NCBI GenBank assembly: GCA_036733365.1
Contig: DAINAS010000006.1
Span: forward strand, 26,666 to 90,665
Length of the DNA stretch: 64,000 nucleotides
From: Proteiniphilum sp.
GTDB taxonomy: Bacteria > Bacteroidota > Bacteroidia > Bacteroidales > Dysgonomonadaceae
Direction: 5' to 3'
The position numbers and the translations under genes were made by a program. Shown piece by piece: positions 30,122 to 40,329 of the stretch. Under the pieces are notes generated by a model. It was given only the letters and a program-made list of their open reading frames with translations. It ran no database searches and had not been told where the DNA came from. Position 1 is the first letter of the stretch. Each line of letters starts with the position of its first letter.

Positions 30122-30966
30122 CGTTGTTCACATTTTATCGCCCTAATCATACGCTCATTTCCGGAAAGATCCTTTCTCAGCTCGATCTCCCGGTATCCCA
30201 TTTCGTGCAATTTCGCACACACCTCGTCGCCTCTGCTACGGTGAATCTCAAAGAAAAGCCGTCCACCCTCCTTGAGCAGATCCTCACCCAGCATGGCTAT
30301 GCGCTCGTAGAAAAGGATAGGATCCCTGTCAGGCACAAAAAGTGCTTCCCCCGGTTCATAAGCAGTCACAGTACGATCCATCGTTGTTTTCTCCGACTGG
30401 GTGATGTAAGGTGGATTGCTAACAACAATGTCATACCGGCTCTCCTCAGTGAAGGGTTTCAGGATGTCTCGTTGTCCGAAGTGCACCTCCACATGATTGA
30501 GCTGAGCATTCCTCTGCGCCACCTGCAAAGCGGCGTCAGAGATGTCCCAGGCATGCACCTTCACCTGTGGCAACTTCACGGCCAGGGCTATAGCGATGCA
30601 ACCGCTGCCAGTACCAATGTCCAGAATGTCTGTCGCTCCATCTCCACAATCTGCGATGACCCACTCCACCAGCTCTTCTGTTTCGGGACGGGGAATCAGC
30701 ACCTCACGCCCCACCTGTAAGTCGATGCCATAAAAGGTTGTTTTCCCCATCACATATTGATAAGGTTCTCCCTTTTTCAGTCTGGAGAGAATCTCTTGCA
30801 GTTTACGCTCCTGGCAATCGGATAAATTGCTAAATTTGCCGGAGGTTAAGTAAGCATAAGAAAAGCCACTCAACTCTTCCAGGATGATCCGTGCCAAAAG
30901 GGAAGTTTCGGAAGGGGAATAGTGTTCACTCAGTGCTTGCCGGATATAGCGAATGATCTGATGCAT
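30118..30966 (-). CDS. prmC: peptide chain release factor N5-glutamine methyltransferase
   Basis: SAM motif ILDIGTGSGCIA and catalytic NPPY. Confidence 0.85.
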   Translation of the reverse strand: MHQIIRYIRQALSEHYSPSETSLLARIILEELSGFSYAYLTSGKFSNLSDCQERKLQEILSRLKKGEPYQYVMGKTTFYGIDLQVGREVLIPRPETEELVEWVIADCGDGATDILDIGTGSGCIAIALAVKLPQVKVHAWDISDAALQVAQRNAQLNHVEVHFGQRDILKPFTEESRYDIVVSNPPYITQSEKTTMDRTVTAYEPGEALFVPDRDPILFYERIAMLGEDLLKEGGRLFFEIHRSRGDEVCAKLHEMGYREIELRKDLSGNERMIRAIKCEQR

Positions 30967-31038
30967 AACAGGTCCATTATATGAGGTATTGATCCTCCGT
31001 CAAACAACGGGGGTATCACCAAAGCAAAGATAGAAAAA

Positions 31039-32109
31039 ATGAGCATACAATCTATCTACATGGAGCGATCTCTTCAGCTGGCCCGGAAGGGCAAGGGTTA
31101 CACCGGCTCCAATCCCATGGTAGGAGCGGTCATAGTCCACAGCAACAAGATCATTGGCGAAGGGTATCACCGCAAATACGGTGAACCACACGCCGAGGTG
31201 AACGCCATCGCCTCTGTCAAGGATCCCTCCCTTCTCAGCGAAAGTACACTCTACGTTACACTGGAACCTTGTGCCCATCAGGGTAAGACACCCCCCTGTG
31301 CAGCATTGATTGTTTCACGACGTATCCCACGGGTGGTGGTGGCGGTGACAGACCCCAATCCGATGGTTGCAGGCAAGGGGATTGCCATGATGAGAGAAGG
31401 AGGTGTTGAAGTCTCTGTTGGATTGATGGAACAGGAAGCCCGTGAACTCAACAGATCCTTTTTCGTCAACCAGCTTCAAAAAAGGCCATACGTGATTCTC
31501 AAATGGGCAGAAAGCCGCGACGGATATATGGACCACCTGCGTTCATCGCTTACGGAAAGAACTCCAGCCATCATCTCCAATCCTATCACACAAACAATCG
31601 TACATAAGTTTCGCACAGAGGTGGCAGGCATCATGGTGGGGACAAACACCGCACTGCTGGACAACCCACAGCTTACCGCAAGAAAATGGTTTGGAGCAAA
31701 TCCCACGCGGGTAGTGATTGACCGGGATCATAAAATCCCATCCAATGCGGCACTCTTTAACGGAGAAGCACCTACCATCCTCTTTAGTGCTATTTCTCGT
31801 GAGCCTTTCCCCTCTTCGGCTGGTGTTCAAGTTGTCAACATAGACTTCCAGGGCGATGTCAACAGCCAGATATTAGATCATCTCTATAATGAAAATATAC
31901 ACTCACTGCTGGTGGAGGGTGGATCCCGATTGTTGAGCAGCTTTATTGATGCCCGATTGTGGGATGAAGCCTATGTAGAGCGATCGGAGATAAAACTCGG
32001 CAGGGGCGTAAAAGCACCTGAGATACAAGGTGAAATCATCCAGGTAAAAAATTTCGCAAGTTCGTTGCAGTTTCATTTAAAGAGTAAAATAACTCGAAAT
32101 TTTCTTTAA
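31039..32109 (+). CDS. ribD: bifunctional riboflavin biosynthesis deaminase/reductase RibD
   Basis: Cytidine-deaminase zinc motifs HAEVNA and PCAHQGKTPPC, plus a C-terminal reductase domain. Confidence 0.9.
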   Translation: MSIQSIYMERSLQLARKGKGYTGSNPMVGAVIVHSNKIIGEGYHRKYGEPHAEVNAIASVKDPSLLSESTLYVTLEPCAHQGKTPPCAALIVSRRIPRVVVAVTDPNPMVAGKGIAMMREGGVEVSVGLMEQEARELNRSFFVNQLQKRPYVILKWAESRDGYMDHLRSSLTERTPAIISNPITQTIVHKFRTEVAGIMVGTNTALLDNPQLTARKWFGANPTRVVIDRDHKIPSNAALFNGEAPTILFSAISREPFPSSAGVQVVNIDFQGDVNSQILDHLYNENIHSLLVEGGSRLLSSFIDARLWDEAYVERSEIKLGRGVKAPEIQGEIIQVKNFASSLQFHLKSKITRNFL

Positions 32110-32146
32110 ATATTCATTTTAATATGGTTAAAGCGAAAAATCTTCC

Positions 32147-32154
32147 TACTTTTG
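32147..32154 (+). promoter_or_regulatory. -7 box TACTTTTG (lipoprotein - bamA block)
   Basis: Exact match 40 nt upstream of ATG 32194. It overlaps the TTG that the ORF track used as a start. Confidence 0.45.
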
Positions 32155-32193
32155 CAATTACTTAAACCTGGTTTACAATATTTTTTGAAACAA

Positions 32194-33540
32194 ATGATAT
32201 CAAAATATTTCCCCTTGGCATCGGTGCTCGTCATGACCTTGTTGTTCCTCTCCTCTTGCCTGAATTCATCGACTGACAATGTGGAATATTCACCTGATGC
32301 ACAGATCTATTCCTTCTCACTCTCCTCAAAAACGGACACGACTGATTTGTTGTCTGCAACCAAATTCACCATCGATCAGATTAATGGGAGGATTTTTAAC
32401 GACGAGCCACTGCCCTATCTTTTTCATGTAGACAGTGTGGCGCTGGAGATTAGCGGTTCCAACCTTTACAATCCTTTTTCACAGGTAACGCTGACTCTTG
32501 ATGAGGATAGCACCTACCTCTGGCAAGCGTCTGACTCGGTGGCAATCAATCGGCTCAGCTTGATCACTACAACCGCTCCTGATGGGATTTCGAAAAAAGA
32601 ATATCGTTTTGAACTGAACATTTACCAGGAAGATCCATACATCCTCACCTGGCAAGAAATGGCCAGTGATTATCTGCCTGCTCCTTTCATCTCACAGCAT
32701 TCAGTGCTGCTGAACGGTCGGCTAATCACCTACCTTCAGACAAATAACGGAATTGAAGCTGTGATGGCAGAAACAGGTGAGAATCTTGTCTGGAACACCC
32801 TCAACCTTGTGGGATTACCTTCCACAATCAATCTCACTACCCTTACCACAACAAACAATGGTGTCATCGGGCTGAATAGCCTGACCAATACGCTCTATCA
32901 TTCATCGGATGGGATCATCTGGAACAGCCTATTCCCCGACCTGAATGTGCAAGCGATTTATGGCACACTACCTACCATAGAAGGTGACAAGATATTGCTT
33001 GCCATAGCACAGGGTGAGAAACTCCATTTTGCAGTAACAACTGATTTCACGGATGTGGTGGTGATGAATAACCTTCCCGAAAATTTCCCGCTGAGTGATT
33101 TTTCTGTAACACAGGTGAATGACCCCGCATCCTACTCCATCAAGCACCTCTTGCTCGCAGGAGGAATACCTGCGAACAGCAGTCACAGCAATCTCTTATG
33201 GATGCTGCAGCAAAAAGAGGACCAGATCAGTTGGATTTTTTCAAGGGTGCCGGAATCACTCGTGCTGCGGGGTAGCAGTCTGTTCTATTATGACAGCAAG
33301 CCCTACCTGATGACAGCCACAGCGGAAGGAAACAGCCTCTACCACTCCAACAATCACGGATTGGATTGGGTCAAAACAGGGGAGAACCAGTCACTTCCGG
33401 AAGAATTCACAACGAGGACAAATGCATCGGTATCGACCGATGCGGAAAACTATATATGGATATTCGGCGGAATATCTTTACAGGAATCACAAATTGCCGA
33501 TGTATGGAGGGGTCGCCTCAATAAATTTTCAGGAATGTAA
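32194..33540 (+). CDS. lipoprotein of unknown function (beta-propeller-like)
   Basis: Start at ATG 32194 downstream of a TACTTTTG box (32147-32154). Lipobox LFLSSCLN. No recognisable catalytic motifs. Confidence 0.4.
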   Translation: MISKYFPLASVLVMTLLFLSSCLNSSTDNVEYSPDAQIYSFSLSSKTDTTDLLSATKFTIDQINGRIFNDEPLPYLFHVDSVALEISGSNLYNPFSQVTLTLDEDSTYLWQASDSVAINRLSLITTTAPDGISKKEYRFELNIYQEDPYILTWQEMASDYLPAPFISQHSVLLNGRLITYLQTNNGIEAVMAETGENLVWNTLNLVGLPSTINLTTLTTTNNGVIGLNSLTNTLYHSSDGIIWNSLFPDLNVQAIYGTLPTIEGDKILLAIAQGEKLHFAVTTDFTDVVVMNNLPENFPLSDFSVTQVNDPASYSIKHLLLAGGIPANSSHSNLLWMLQQKEDQISWIFSRVPESLVLRGSSLFYYDSKPYLMTATAEGNSLYHSNNHGLDWVKTGENQSLPEEFTTRTNASVSTDAENYIWIFGGISLQESQIADVWRGRLNKFSGM

Positions 33541-33542
33541 AA

Positions 33543-34229
33543 ATGCGCTCCTTTTGGATCATCCTCTCCTGCTGGTTCATCTTCTCCATAACACTCCAAG
33601 CACAGGAGTACCGTTATGAGATTGGAGGTGCTGCCGGTACTTCGTTTTACATGGGTGATGCCAACAAGAATAGCCTCTTTAAATATCCTGGCATTGCAGG
33701 CGGCTTGCTGATGCGTTACAACATCAGCCTTCATTGGGCTGTTAGAGCAAACGTGCTGGCAGGCAGAGTCACCGGCAACACTGCCGGCAGCGGTAACAGT
33801 TTTCCTTATGGGGCCGATCATGCCTTCAGCAGGACCTTTGCCGAGACGGGTGCACAGGTAGAATTCAACTTTCTGCCATACAGTGACCGGCAGGGATATC
33901 TTCAAACCAGTCGCTACACACCTTATCTGCTGGCCGGCGCAGGTTTGACAGCCGCCTCTGGTGAGCGGTTATTTTCAAGCATGAGTATCCCAATAGGTGC
34001 CGGAGTGAAGTATAAAATAAAAAACAGGATGAATATCGGAATTGAATTCTCGATGAGAAAGTTGTTCGGTGATGACTTTGATGTGACACGCAATGGCAAA
34101 GAGCCGGATCTGGAATATCCCTACGGCATTCGGGGTTCTCTTTTGAAGAATCAGGACTGGTATTCGATTACAATGATTTTCCTGACATGGGATTTCGGCT
34201 TGCGTCGTGATCCCTGTTGTGGCAACTAA
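33543..34229 (+). CDS. outer-membrane beta-barrel protein (DUF6089-like)
   Basis: Signal peptide, alternating amphipathic beta-strand pattern and aromatic C-terminal region. Family name recalled, not verified. Confidence 0.45.
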   Translation: MRSFWIILSCWFIFSITLQAQEYRYEIGGAAGTSFYMGDANKNSLFKYPGIAGGLLMRYNISLHWAVRANVLAGRVTGNTAGSGNSFPYGADHAFSRTFAETGAQVEFNFLPYSDRQGYLQTSRYTPYLLAGAGLTAASGERLFSSMSIPIGAGVKYKIKNRMNIGIEFSMRKLFGDDFDVTRNGKEPDLEYPYGIRGSLLKNQDWYSITMIFLTWDFGLRRDPCCGN

Positions 34230-34247
34230 CAAAACAACCAACAAGAG

Positions 34248-34997
34248 ATGTCGTTGATTGACAAACTGGATCATAACCGACTTCCTGCACATATAGCCAT
34301 TATCATGGATGGTAACGGACGATGGGCTAGAACCAGGGGTCTGGACAGAAGTGAAGGACACAGGGAGGGAGTTGAGGCGATCAGGAGAGTAGTAGAAGCA
34401 GCTTCAGCCGCATCGATTCAATACCTGACGTTATATGCGTTCTCAACTGAGAACTGGCATCGTCCTGCAGAAGAGGTGAGTGGATTGATGGATCTGATGG
34501 TCTACGCCTTGACACGTGAGACAGCAGAACTAAAAAAGAACGGTGTACGGATTGTCGCAATCGGTAATCTTGATCGTCTTCCAGAAAATGTCAGAAAGAT
34601 CCTGCAAGATTGTATTCAGGAAACAGCAGGAGGGAAAAAGCTCACTCTTGTGATTGCCCTGAGCTATTCATCGAAATGGGAGTTGACACAGGCTGTGAGA
34701 AAGATCAGTGACGACATTGAGTCAGGGATTCTACACAAGGAGGATATCTGCGAGGATACACTTAACAGCTACCTCACCACCAACGCATTGCCCGATCCGG
34801 ATCTATTGATTCGCACCGGCGGTGAAAAGCGTATCAGCAATTTCCTTCTGTGGCAGTCGGCCTACGCCGAATTCTATTTCACCGAAACATTCTGGCCAGA
34901 TTTCAATGATGAGGAGCTTTTCAAAGCGATCCTCGATTACCAGAAAAGGGAGAGACGGTTTGGCAAGATCAGTGAACAAATTGAATCGGAACAATAA
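34248..34997 (+). CDS. uppS: isoprenyl transferase (undecaprenyl diphosphate synthase)
   Basis: IIMDGNGRWA and RTGGEKRISNFLLWQSAYAEFYF motifs. Confidence 0.9.
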   Translation: MSLIDKLDHNRLPAHIAIIMDGNGRWARTRGLDRSEGHREGVEAIRRVVEAASAASIQYLTLYAFSTENWHRPAEEVSGLMDLMVYALTRETAELKKNGVRIVAIGNLDRLPENVRKILQDCIQETAGGKKLTLVIALSYSSKWELTQAVRKISDDIESGILHKEDICEDTLNSYLTTNALPDPDLLIRTGGEKRISNFLLWQSAYAEFYFTETFWPDFNDEELFKAILDYQKRERRFGKISEQIESEQ

Positions 34998-35049
34998 TAA
35001 ATCTACACTGCTCCTGCGGGGAGTAATCGAAAAGAATAATCACATCACA

Positions 35050-37752
35050 ATGTTGAAGAGAACATTACCATTATTGATACTAGCCATTGCTCTTTCACAG
35101 GCAACATTGCCGGCACAACAGAATGACACCATTACTGAAGGTCAGCCTGCAGAACTGAATGTGAACTACACAGCCCCTCCCAAAAAGTACATCATTGCCG
35201 ATATCGACATTACTGGTGTGGAGGGAACCATGTATGAAGATCAGAAGTTTGTTCTAGTAGGCTTCTCTGGTCTGGCAAAGGGTCAGGAGATTCAGATTCC
35301 CGGAGAGGAGATCACCGGTGCACTGAAGCGTTTTTGGCGGCAAGGGCTCTTCTCCGATGTCAAGATCCTGCAGAACAAAATCGAGGGCGACAGCGTATGG
35401 CTTGAAATCCGACTCACCGACCGGCCAAGAGTAGCCAACATTCGCTATTTGGGCATGAAGAAGAGTGAACAGGACGATATAGAGAAGAAGATCGGTTTTG
35501 TAAAAGGTAACCAGATCACCCCTCCACAGATTGCACGGGCTGAGACCATCATCAAAAGTTTTTACGATGAAAAGGGGTTTGGTGATGCCGAGGTACGCAT
35601 TTTTCAACGACCTGATACTACACAACTGAATCAGGTGGTACTGGAGATCAATGTGGACAAGAAAGAAAAGCTGAAGGTCAACAGCATTTTGATAGAGGGC
35701 AATGAAGCTCTCAGCGACAACCAGCTCAAATGGGCGATGAAGAAGACCAATGAGAAAGGGAGGTTGCGCAACCTATTCCGTGCGAAGAAATTTGTGGAGG
35801 AACTCTATGAAGAGGATAAAAAGAACCTGATTGGCAAGTACCACGAAAAAGGATACCGTGACGCTGAGATAACCCGCGACACTGTTTTTAAACACGACGA
35901 GAAAACAGTCAACATCGAGATTGCTCTTGAAGAGGGACCCTTGTATCATATCCGCTCCATCAACTGGGTGGGCAACACACAATATTCCTCCGCGCAGCTG
36001 GAGCAGCTGCTCAACATGGCTCCGGGGGATGTATACAACCAGAAGAAATTGCAGGAACGACTGATTGTAGATGAAGATGCAGTGGTCAACCTATACCAGA
36101 ACAACGGTTACCTGTTCTCCAACATCGACCCTGTAGAGATTAACATTGAGAAGGACTCCGTAGATCTCGAATTGCGGGTGATGGAAGGACCCAAGGCAAC
36201 CATCAAGCGTGTAATCATCCAGGGCAACGACCGCCTCTATGAGGATGTGATTCGGCGTGAATTACGTACCAAGCCGGGAGCAGTCTTCAGTAAGGAGGAC
36301 CTTCTTCGTTCGGTTCGTGAGATCGCACAAACAGGCCACTTCGACCCAGAGGCCCTCTCTGCGGACATCTCAGGCGGCATCAATCCCAATCCTGAAGATG
36401 GCACGGTAGATATCACCTACCCGCTCACATCGAAAGGCAACGACCAGATTGAGTTCTCCGCCGGATGGGGTGTAACAGGTCTGGTAGGCAAGCTAAGCCT
36501 GAAGCTAAACAACTTCTCACTTCAGAACCTGCTCAACCCCTCCATGCACAGAGGTATTATCCCACAAGGTGAGGGACAGACATTGGTGTTGAGTGCCCAA
36601 ACCAACGGTCGCTACTACCAATCATATCAATTCCAGTTCATGGAGCCATGGTTCGGTGGAAAAAGGCCAAACAACCTCTCCGTAAGTGCATATTACTCGC
36701 GATATACCGGCTTAAACAGCGATTATTATTCTCAGAACAGCTACTACAATCCCTACATGTCGGGTTATGGCAGCTATGGCGGGTATCCATATGGCGGATA
36801 CGGTGGTTATGGCGGATACGGTGGTTATGGTGGTTATGGCGGATACGGTGGTGGATACCAGGATATGGCCCAATATGCCTCTGACCCCAATCAGGTGTTT
36901 AGCATGCTGGGAGCCTCACTGGGGTATGGCAAGCGGTTAGACTGGCCTGACGACTACTTCCAGTTCATGGGTGAGTTGGGCTTCCAGCGTTACGGACTGA
37001 AAAACTGGGCATGGAATCAGTTCCCCTTTCAGACAGGTGTCAGCAATAGCATCACCCTTGGCTTCACCCTTTCACGTATCTCAACCGACAATCCTATTTA
37101 TACACGTACCGGGTCTCAATTCACACTAAGTGTAAGTGCTACCCCGCCCTTCTCCCTCTGGGATGGGAAGGATTATGATGCACTGGCCTATAACAATCCG
37201 GAGAAATATCGCTGGAACGAATACCACAAATGGAAACTGAAGATACGAACCTTTACCCCACTCACCCCATCCACGGTCACCCGTACACCCGTAATCGCCA
37301 CCCGGGTAGAGTTTGGTATTCTAGGACATTATAACAAGAACAAACTTACGCCCTTTGAAACCTTCGACGTGGGTGGAGACGGCATGAGTGGTTACACTTC
37401 ATCTTTTGCTACAGAGAACATTGCCCTGAGGGGTTATGAAAACAACTCCATCGCACAACAGGCGCGTGCCTACACCCGTCTGGGTCTTGAGTTGCGTTAC
37501 CCTTTCATTCTTGAGCCCAACTCTACTATCTACGGTGTAGCTTTCCTGGAAGCAGGGAATGCCTGGTATGAGGTGAAAGACCTCAATCCCTTCGATCTGA
37601 AACGGTCGGCTGGAGTGGGTGCCCGTATCTTCCTGCCTATGATTGGGTTGATGGGGATCGACTGGGCCTACGGTTTCGACACTGTCTTTGGCACGGGCAA
37701 TAGGCAACGAGGTGGCAGCCAGTTCCACTTCATCATTGGTCAGGAGTTCTAA
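35050..37752 (+). CDS. bamA: outer membrane protein assembly factor BamA
   Basis: Signal peptide from ATG 35050, POTRA repeats, C-terminal barrel ending in FHFIIGQEF; uppS-bamA-skp synteny. The upstream ORF extension overlaps uppS and is rejected. Confidence 0.9.
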   Translation: MLKRTLPLLILAIALSQATLPAQQNDTITEGQPAELNVNYTAPPKKYIIADIDITGVEGTMYEDQKFVLVGFSGLAKGQEIQIPGEEITGALKRFWRQGLFSDVKILQNKIEGDSVWLEIRLTDRPRVANIRYLGMKKSEQDDIEKKIGFVKGNQITPPQIARAETIIKSFYDEKGFGDAEVRIFQRPDTTQLNQVVLEINVDKKEKLKVNSILIEGNEALSDNQLKWAMKKTNEKGRLRNLFRAKKFVEELYEEDKKNLIGKYHEKGYRDAEITRDTVFKHDEKTVNIEIALEEGPLYHIRSINWVGNTQYSSAQLEQLLNMAPGDVYNQKKLQERLIVDEDAVVNLYQNNGYLFSNIDPVEINIEKDSVDLELRVMEGPKATIKRVIIQGNDRLYEDVIRRELRTKPGAVFSKEDLLRSVREIAQTGHFDPEALSADISGGINPNPEDGTVDITYPLTSKGNDQIEFSAGWGVTGLVGKLSLKLNNFSLQNLLNPSMHRGIIPQGEGQTLVLSAQTNGRYYQSYQFQFMEPWFGGKRPNNLSVSAYYSRYTGLNSDYYSQNSYYNPYMSGYGSYGGYPYGGYGGYGGYGGYGGYGGYGGGYQDMAQYASDPNQVFSMLGASLGYGKRLDWPDDYFQFMGELGFQRYGLKNWAWNQFPFQTGVSNSITLGFTLSRISTDNPIYTRTGSQFTLSVSATPPFSLWDGKDYDALAYNNPEKYRWNEYHKWKLKIRTFTPLTPSTVTRTPVIATRVEFGILGHYNKNKLTPFETFDVGGDGMSGYTSSFATENIALRGYENNSIAQQARAYTRLGLELRYPFILEPNSTIYGVAFLEAGNAWYEVKDLNPFDLKRSAGVGARIFLPMIGLMGIDWAYGFDTVFGTGNRQRGGSQFHFIIGQEF
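36763..36858 (+). repeat. in-frame GGY tandem repeat inside bamA
   Basis: Encodes GYGSYGGYPYGGYGGYGGYGGYGGYGGYGGGY. There is a perfect 18-nt duplication GGCGGATACGGTGGTTAT at 36793-36810 and 36811-36828. Confidence 0.9.
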
Positions 37753-37911
37753 TAACAAAAGTTGAATTGTCTCATAGAAAATTCACCCCAATGTTGAAAC
37801 GGCTCCAGAAAGTATTTTAACAATTTTTACACAGGCAGGTCTAAACGTTATACCTTAAAAATCGTCTTTATTAGCAGGATCACTTGTATTAAACACCTAA
37901 AAAAGAAAAAT

Positions 37912-38424
37912 ATGAAACGAGTATTATTGGTTTTCGGGCTATTGATGATGATTTCTATGGGACACAGTTTTGCACAGAAATATGCACTGATTGACATGGA
38001 ATATATTCTCAAACGCATTCCCACCTACGAAAGCGCCAACAAGCAGTTGGAAGCCATGTCAGAAGAATGGCAAGCTGAAGTGGACAAAGAGGTGGAGAGC
38101 GTAAATGCCATGTACAAGAAATACCAGGCCGACATTGCTTTCCTGGCTGGCAGCGAGAAGACCAAACGGGAAAATGAGATCGTGGCCAAAGAGAATGCCA
38201 TCCAGGAGCTCCGCAATCAGTACTTCGGGCCGCAGGGAGCACTCTTCGAGCAACAAGAGAGACTCATCAAGCCAATCCAGGATAACATCTACGAGGCAAT
38301 CAAAGAGCTGTCCACTGAGCAGGGATATGCCCTTGTGGTGGATCGAGCCTCAGCTACTTCGGTGATTTTCGCCTCGCCTTCAATCGATATCAGTGATCTG
38401 GTACTCGCCCGGTTAGGCTATTAA
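37912..38424 (+). CDS. skp: OmpH/Skp family periplasmic chaperone
   Basis: 170 aa with signal peptide and coiled-coil-rich sequence; directly after bamA. Confidence 0.75.
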   Translation: MKRVLLVFGLLMMISMGHSFAQKYALIDMEYILKRIPTYESANKQLEAMSEEWQAEVDKEVESVNAMYKKYQADIAFLAGSEKTKRENEIVAKENAIQELRNQYFGPQGALFEQQERLIKPIQDNIYEAIKELSTEQGYALVVDRASATSVIFASPSIDISDLVLARLGY

Positions 38425-38492
38425 AAATAAAAGCTTACCTTTGTAAGCTCTTTGAACACTGCATTATTCATTAAAAATTGAGAAATAAAAAC

Positions 38493-39002
38493 ATGTTGAA
38501 AAAATTATTGATCTGTATGATTGCACTGGCCCCTCTCGCGGCCGTGGCACAGGATGTGAAAATCGCGTATGTAAACGCACAGGAGATATTCTCCGCCATG
38601 CCGGAATTGGCCGGGATCGAAACCCAATTGAGCACAAAACAGGAAGAGATCTCCAAGAACGGTCAGGCTCTGGTAGATGAATTCAACAAGAAAGCGGAGG
38701 AGTTTGACAAGAACAAGGCCACATCCGACGCTGTACTTCAGGATCAGCAACGACAACTGGCCCAGATCCAGGAACGCTATCAGGTCTATCTGCAGAACAG
38801 CCAGCAGGAGATGCAGCAAATGCAACAACAGTTATTGGAACCGGTGAACAAAAAGATTGCCGATGCAATCAAAGCAGTAGGTGATCAAAACAGTTACACC
38901 TTTGTCTTTGATGTCTCCACCATGCAATCTCCCATTGTTTATGTGAGCCCTACAGCAGTAAACATCACACCCCAGGTGAAAAGTAAACTGGGTATACAGT
39001 AA
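38493..39002 (+). CDS. skp: OmpH/Skp family periplasmic chaperone (second paralog)
   Basis: 169 aa from ATG 38493. Signal peptide ...AVAQDVKIAYVN and a Q-rich coiled coil. Confidence 0.75.
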   Translation: MLKKLLICMIALAPLAAVAQDVKIAYVNAQEIFSAMPELAGIETQLSTKQEEISKNGQALVDEFNKKAEEFDKNKATSDAVLQDQQRQLAQIQERYQVYLQNSQQEMQQMQQQLLEPVNKKIADAIKAVGDQNSYTFVFDVSTMQSPIVYVSPTAVNITPQVKSKLGIQ

Positions 39003-39030
39003 AAGCTATAGTAGCTTACAGTACTATAAA

Positions 39031-39066
39031 AAATGGGCCCCTTACAACGGAGGCCCATTTTTTTAT
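39031..39066. terminator. bidirectional terminator between skp and the usp gene
   Basis: AAATGGGCC / GGCCCATTT stem flanked by an A-run and a T-run, between convergent genes. Confidence 0.6.
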
Positions 39067-39080
39067 TGCAGCAATCGTTG

Positions 39081-40217
39081 TTACAACCCCTTTATCACCA
39101 GCAAGGGAGTGTCGGAGTGGAACAACATGCGACGTGCAATACCGGGGTTAAACATTCGTGCGAAAATATTCCTCCGGGAGCTTGAAAGAGAGATCATGTC
39201 GATCTGATGTTCTTTCACGAACTGCTCAAGTGATTCTTCAAGTCCCATGTTCTGGTCAATCAAGCGATACTCTGTCTCCAAGTGCGGATAGAGCTCAGTA
39301 AACCGCTTCTGAATACCTGACAGCTTGATCTCGTTCCACACATCCTCTTTTTTTGCGATGTGTGCCAGGTAAATCTTCACCTGATAGGGTTTGAGAAACT
39401 GCATCATGATATCGAACGCCTTAAACTCACGTTCCTGAAAATTAGTCAGGAAGACGATGTGCTTCATCTCTGCCACTCCTTGCACCTGCGTGCCTTCCGG
39501 TATGGCGAATACCGGTGTGTGGCATCCATCCATCACTTCAGCGGTAACACTGCCAATCAGATCCATCTCTTTGGCATTTCGTCCCCGGGTGCCCATGACA
39601 ATTGCTGTAGGCCTGAACTTCTTAGAGTATGAGATGATCTCTTCTTCCGGGAGACCCTCTACAAGGAGAGTCTGGAACGGCACATCCGGTAGAATACCGG
39701 TTTCAACCTGGATTCTGATTCTATCAACCAGATGATTCATCTCTTTCTCCGTTTTGCTCTTCACATCCAGATAAATGCTTTTGTCCGCCGGTTGTATGGT
39801 GAAAGAGTCACCAAAAGGAACAGATGCGGGATAAAAAGGAGTGAAGAAGGCATTCATCAGCTTCACCTCACATTCGAGGTCGCGTGCCAGTCGAAAGGCA
39901 AAAGCACAAGCAGTAAGTGAATAATCAGAGAAATCGACCGGAACAAGAATCTCTTTTTTAGTCTCCTTTTTTATCGCTTTGGGGTCTTCTTCGCTGAAAT
40001 CGAGTTCTTCAATGATGCGCAGCGCACGCGGCAAGTCGCTCTCATTGATTCTCACCCGCACATTGCCCGGAATCACCGGCTCAATCATCCTGACACCGTG
40101 GATCACAGCCGGGATCCCTTCCGACTCAAGAACTGTCTTCAGAATATGGGCTTTTTCATAGGTATGAATGGCCACAGTGACCATTTTCTCTTCGTGATTT
40201 TTGTGATCTTTATCCAT
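39081..40217 (-). CDS. universal stress protein family protein (tandem Usp domains with N-terminal small domain)
   Basis: Two Usp-like halves (ILVPVDFSDYS...; IVMGTRGRN; LSSSRRN...SDTPLLVIKG). Confidence 0.6.
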   Translation of the reverse strand: MDKDHKNHEEKMVTVAIHTYEKAHILKTVLESEGIPAVIHGVRMIEPVIPGNVRVRINESDLPRALRIIEELDFSEEDPKAIKKETKKEILVPVDFSDYSLTACAFAFRLARDLECEVKLMNAFFTPFYPASVPFGDSFTIQPADKSIYLDVKSKTEKEMNHLVDRIRIQVETGILPDVPFQTLLVEGLPEEEIISYSKKFRPTAIVMGTRGRNAKEMDLIGSVTAEVMDGCHTPVFAIPEGTQVQGVAEMKHIVFLTNFQEREFKAFDIMMQFLKPYQVKIYLAHIAKKEDVWNEIKLSGIQKRFTELYPHLETEYRLIDQNMGLEESLEQFVKEHQIDMISLSSSRRNIFARMFNPGIARRMLFHSDTPLLVIKGL

Positions 40218-40273
40218 ACTGTAATCAATTGAGACATGTGCAGCCGAGAGCCGCAGATGTCAGTGAGTTGTAC

Positions 40274-40319
40274 AAAAAAACCCAATCACATGTTTTCAAT
40301 CAAACGGTCATTGGGTTTT
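40274..40319 (-). terminator. intrinsic terminator after the 98-aa gene
   Basis: Minus strand AAAACCCAAT ... ATTGGGTTTT 10-bp stem followed by extra Ts. Confidence 0.5.
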
Positions 40320-40329
40320 ATGTGATATT

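Noticed and set aside
30967-31038. FMN riboswitch upstream of ribD
   Set aside because: Only 72 nt separate prmC and ribD. That is too short for an FMN element, and none of its conserved segments is visible.
34822-35049. N-terminal extension of the bamA ORF overlapping the 3' end of uppS
   Set aside because: The extension has no signal peptide and overlaps a well-supported gene. The signal peptide MLKRTLPLLILAIALSQA starts at 35050.
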